Source of the DNA: Candidatus Methylomirabilia bacterium
GTDB taxonomy: Bacteria; Methylomirabilota; Methylomirabilia; Rokubacteriales; CSP1-6
NCBI GenBank assembly: GCA_041492755.1
Contig: JBGPXN010000006.1
Coordinates: 1 to 59,771, forward strand
Direction of reading: 5' to 3'
DNA: 59,771 nucleotides
Shown here: positions 56,927-59,771 of the stretch, in pieces
Numbering within the stretch: the first letter of the stretch is position 1
How the letters are laid out: every line of letters begins with the position of its first letter
Position numbers and translations under genes: made by a program
The notes under the pieces: model-generated
Database searches by the model: none
What the model saw: only the letters and a program-made list of their open reading frames with translations
What the model was told of the DNA's origin: nothing

Positions 56927-57942
56927 AACTCGACGTCGGCATGCTCACCCACGATCTCACGTCGATCCCCGCCTATGCCCGGAAAGTCGAGGCGCTCGGC
57001 TACGACTGTCTGTGGTCCTCCGAGACCCAGCACGACCCGTTCCTGCCGCTGGCCGTCGCGGCGACCGTGACATCGCGGATCAAGCTCGGAACCTCCATTG
57101 CCGTCGCGTTCCCGCGGAGCCCGATGATCACGGCCCACATCGCGTGGGACCTCCAGAAGGCGGCCGAGGGGCGCTTCATCCTCGGACTCGGCTCGCAGGT
57201 GAAGGGCCACAACGAGCGGCGCTTCTCGGTGAAGTTCGACGCGCCGGGCCCGCGCCTGCGCGAGGTCGTCCTCGCGCTGCGCACGATCTGGGACTGCTGG
57301 CAGAACGGGACGAAGCTCGCCTTCAAGGGCGAGTTCTATCGCTTCGATCTCATGACGCCCTTTTTCAATCCCGGACCGATCGCGCACCCGAAGATTCCCG
57401 TGTACATCTCGGGCGTGAACCAGTACATGTGCCGGCTCGCCGGCGAGGTGTGCGACGGCCTGCACGTCCACCCGTTCAACAGCGTGAAGTACCTGCGCGA
57501 GTTCGTCCATCCCTGGGTGGAAGAGGGGCTGCGGCGCGCGGGGCGCCCGCGGGCCGACTTCACCTACGCCACCGCGAGCTTCGTGGTCGTCGGTGACACC
57601 GAGGAGGAGCTCCAGCACGCCCGGCAGGCCGTCAAGCAGCAGATCGCGTTCTACGCGTCGACCCGCACCTACGAGCCCGTGCTCGCCGCCCACGGCTGGC
57701 AGGATCTCGCGCCCCCGCTCCATCGCAAGTCGGTGGAGGGGGACTGGAAGGGCATGGCCGATCTCATCAGCGACGAGATGCTGGAGACCTACGCGGTCAC
57801 GGGGGCGTACGACACCATCGGCGCGAAGCTTCGCGACCGCTACACGGGCTTGCTCGACCGCACGGCGTTCTACCAACCCTACCAGCCCGGGCTCGACGAC
57901 CCGCGCCTGCCCCGGACGGTGAAGGAGTTCAACCAGCCATGA
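56923..57942 (+). CDS. LLM-class F420-dependent-type oxidoreductase (MSMEG_2256-like)
   Basis: ETQHDPFLPL, AFPRSPM, GLGSQVKGH, LMTPFFNPGP, HPF, FYASTRTY. Confidence 0.9.
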   Translation: MKLDVGMLTHDLTSIPAYARKVEALGYDCLWSSETQHDPFLPLAVAATVTSRIKLGTSIAVAFPRSPMITAHIAWDLQKAAEGRFILGLGSQVKGHNERRFSVKFDAPGPRLREVVLALRTIWDCWQNGTKLAFKGEFYRFDLMTPFFNPGPIAHPKIPVYISGVNQYMCRLAGEVCDGLHVHPFNSVKYLREFVHPWVEEGLRRAGRPRADFTYATASFVVVGDTEEELQHARQAVKQQIAFYASTRTYEPVLAAHGWQDLAPPLHRKSVEGDWKGMADLISDEMLETYAVTGAYDTIGAKLRDRYTGLLDRTAFYQPYQPGLDDPRLPRTVKEFNQP

Positions 57943-58967
57943 AAGCCCTCGCCTTCAACGAGTTCGGCGGCCCCGAGAAGCTCCGCCTCCAGGAAGTCTC
58001 CGACCCCAAGCCCGGTCACGACGAGGTCCTGCTCCGCGTGCGGGCGTGCGCGCTCAACCACCTCGACATCTTCGTGCGCGAAGGCATCCCCGCCCTCAAG
58101 ACGCCCCTGCCGTTCTGGACCGGCTGCGACATCGCCGGCGACGTCGCGGACATCGGCGCGGCCGTGTCCGGCGTGAAGATCGGCGAGCGCGTCGCGGTGA
58201 ACCCGAACCTCACGTGCGGGCGCTGCGAGTTCTGCATCGAGGGCGAGGACAGCATGTGCCTGCGCTACGGCATCCTCGGCGAGCACGCACCGGGCGGCCT
58301 GGCCGAGCTGGTCAAGGTGCGGGCCAACAACCTGCTGCGTCTGCCCGACCACGTCTCCTATGAGGAGGCGGCCTCGTTCATCCTCACCAACATGACCGCG
58401 TGGCGCATGGTCGTCACCCAGGGATGCCTGCGCGTGGGCGAAGACGTGCTGATCCTCGGCGTGGGCGGTGGCGTGTCGTCCACCGCGGTGCAGATCGCCA
58501 AGCTCTGCGGGGCCCGCGTGTTCGTGACGTCGTCGAGCGACGCCAAGCTCGAGCGCGCGCGCAAGCTCGGCGCCGACGTCTGCATCAACTACACGAAGGG
58601 CGACTGGGCCAGGGAGGTCTTCGACAAGACGGGCAAGCGCGGCGTGGATCTCGTCGTCGAGAACGTCGGCGCCGCCACCTGGAAGCAGTCGATACGCTCG
58701 CTCCGCAAGGGCGGTCGGCTGGTCACGTGCGGGGCGACGAGCGGGCCGATCGGGGAGACGGACCTCCGGATCGTGTTCTGGAACCAGCTCCACATCATCG
58801 GCTCGACGATGGCGAACCGCAAAGAGTTCAACGACGTGATGCGGCTGTTCTTCGCCGGCAAGCTCAAGGCCATCATCGACGAGGTGGTGCCGCTCGAGCA
58901 GGGCGCCGCCGCCCAGGCCCGGCTCGCCGAGGGCAAGCAGTTCGGCAAGATCGTCCTCACCCCATGA
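57939..58967 (+). CDS. Zinc-binding alcohol dehydrogenase / MDR family oxidoreductase
   Basis: NHLD, CGRCEFC..C, GVGGGV, CGATSG, GSTM, FGKIVL. Confidence 0.9.
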   Translation: MKALAFNEFGGPEKLRLQEVSDPKPGHDEVLLRVRACALNHLDIFVREGIPALKTPLPFWTGCDIAGDVADIGAAVSGVKIGERVAVNPNLTCGRCEFCIEGEDSMCLRYGILGEHAPGGLAELVKVRANNLLRLPDHVSYEEAASFILTNMTAWRMVVTQGCLRVGEDVLILGVGGGVSSTAVQIAKLCGARVFVTSSSDAKLERARKLGADVCINYTKGDWAREVFDKTGKRGVDLVVENVGAATWKQSIRSLRKGGRLVTCGATSGPIGETDLRIVFWNQLHIIGSTMANRKEFNDVMRLFFAGKLKAIIDEVVPLEQGAAAQARLAEGKQFGKIVLTP

Positions 58968-59692
58968 TCTCCTGGCTCGCCGCCGCCCTCCTCGTCGTCA
59001 TCGCCGCGGCGCCGGCGAGGGCGCAGACGAGCACTCCCGACCCAAACGCCGCGTTCCTCGCCGACGTCGAGAAGGTCAAGGCCCATTTCCTCGTGAGCCA
59101 GGAGCTGTACGCCGCCGGCCAGGCCGGCCCCGCCGGCGTGCACGCGGCCCATCCCGTGCACGAGATCGGCGAGCGGGTCGTGCGACCGATCCGCCAGGCC
59201 GCGGGGCCGGAGGCGGCCGAGCGCGCACGGACGCTGCTCAAGCAACCGGGCCGCACGCTTTCGTCCAAGCCCGTCGCCTCGGCCTACCGTGACGCGGTGA
59301 CGCAAGCGTCGGCCGGACTCGACGATCTCGGGAACCGCGTCGTGCCGGCGCGCACGCGCGACAGCGTGCCGTTTCGGGCCCGGGTGATCGGGCTGGTCCT
59401 CGATGGATTCGTCGACGAGTACGACGAGGCCATCAAGGGCGGGAAGATCACTCAGCCCATCGAGTATGGGGACGCGTGGGCGTTCCTGCAGCGAGCCACC
59501 GCCCGCTACCGCGAGATCGCGGAGCGCGTCACGGCGCGCGCACCGACGAGCGCGCGCGCGATCGAGGCCGACTTTGCCGCGCTCGTTCGCGGCTTCCCGG
59601 GGATCACGCCACCGACGACGCCCCTGTCACTGGACGAAGCGAAGACGCTCACCAAGCGTCTCCGCGAAGCCCTCGCCACCCTCAAGGACTGA
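58964..59692 (+). CDS. Secreted all-helical hypothetical protein with His/Glu clusters
   Basis: Signal peptide ending ARA-Q; KAH, HAAHPVHE, DEYDEA, EYGDAWAF; ATGA overlap with the upstream gene. Confidence 0.75.
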   Translation: MISWLAAALLVVIAAAPARAQTSTPDPNAAFLADVEKVKAHFLVSQELYAAGQAGPAGVHAAHPVHEIGERVVRPIRQAAGPEAAERARTLLKQPGRTLSSKPVASAYRDAVTQASAGLDDLGNRVVPARTRDSVPFRARVIGLVLDGFVDEYDEAIKGGKITQPIEYGDAWAFLQRATARYREIAERVTARAPTSARAIEADFAALVRGFPGITPPTTPLSLDEAKTLTKRLREALATLKD

Positions 59693-59771
59693 GTACATGG
59701 GGGGCCCCGAAATGGCCCCCCATACCCCCCCGGCGCTCGGGGCGCCCCGGCAAAGCCGTGGCACCCCTCGA
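59690..59771 (+). repeat. Dispersed palindromic repeat, copy 2 (reaches the window end)
   Basis: TGAGTACATGGGGGGCCCCGAAATGGCCCCCCAT...GCTCGGGGCGCCCCGGCAAAGCCGTGGCACCCCTCGA; matches the copy at 21529. Confidence 0.85.

Noticed and set aside
59690-59771. GGCAAAGCC hairpin as a c-di-GMP-I riboswitch
   Set aside because: It lacks the full P1/P2 architecture, sits 3' of genes and belongs to a dispersed repeat.
1-59771. tRNA, rRNA, integrase, transposase or prophage genes
   Set aside because: None recognised by eye; tRNAscan/Infernal could not be run, so small RNAs may have been missed.

Overview
This is a high-GC (roughly 70%, by eye) bacterial chromosomal segment. Its gene content and repeat style resemble Candidatus Rokubacteria / Methylomirabilota, but this is an inference and was not verified. 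Most of the window is a dense set of catabolic and transport genes: two family-5 ABC solute-binding proteins with DppB/C permeases, a complete LivHMKGF-type operon, MFS transporters, family III CoA-transferases, acyl-CoA synthetases, amidohydrolases, LigAB-like and gentisate-type dioxygenases, and several LLM/PPOX (F420-type) oxidoreductases. I saw no rRNA, tRNA, CRISPR array or intact transposase. Seven things stand out. (1) An orphan Hcp (T6SS tube)-like protein carries a Sec signal peptide and four Cys. (2) A tiny double-glycine-leader peptide has a core that, after a 1-nt frameshift, reads like an Hcp beta-strand. (3) A lipoprotein that is a stand-alone copy of a subtilase propeptide is translationally coupled to that subtilase, which has a 7-blade FG-GAP propeller. 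(4) One protein fuses TPR, SLOG, class III cyclase and RyR domains and has non-canonical specificity residues. (5) An MNT-HEPN toxin-antitoxin pair has a toxin that seems to start at CTG. (6) About nine genes survive only as head-to-tail deletion remnants, chimeras or fragments. (7) There are dispersed palindromic repeats and many apparently leaderless genes. All family calls come from motif recognition, not database searches.
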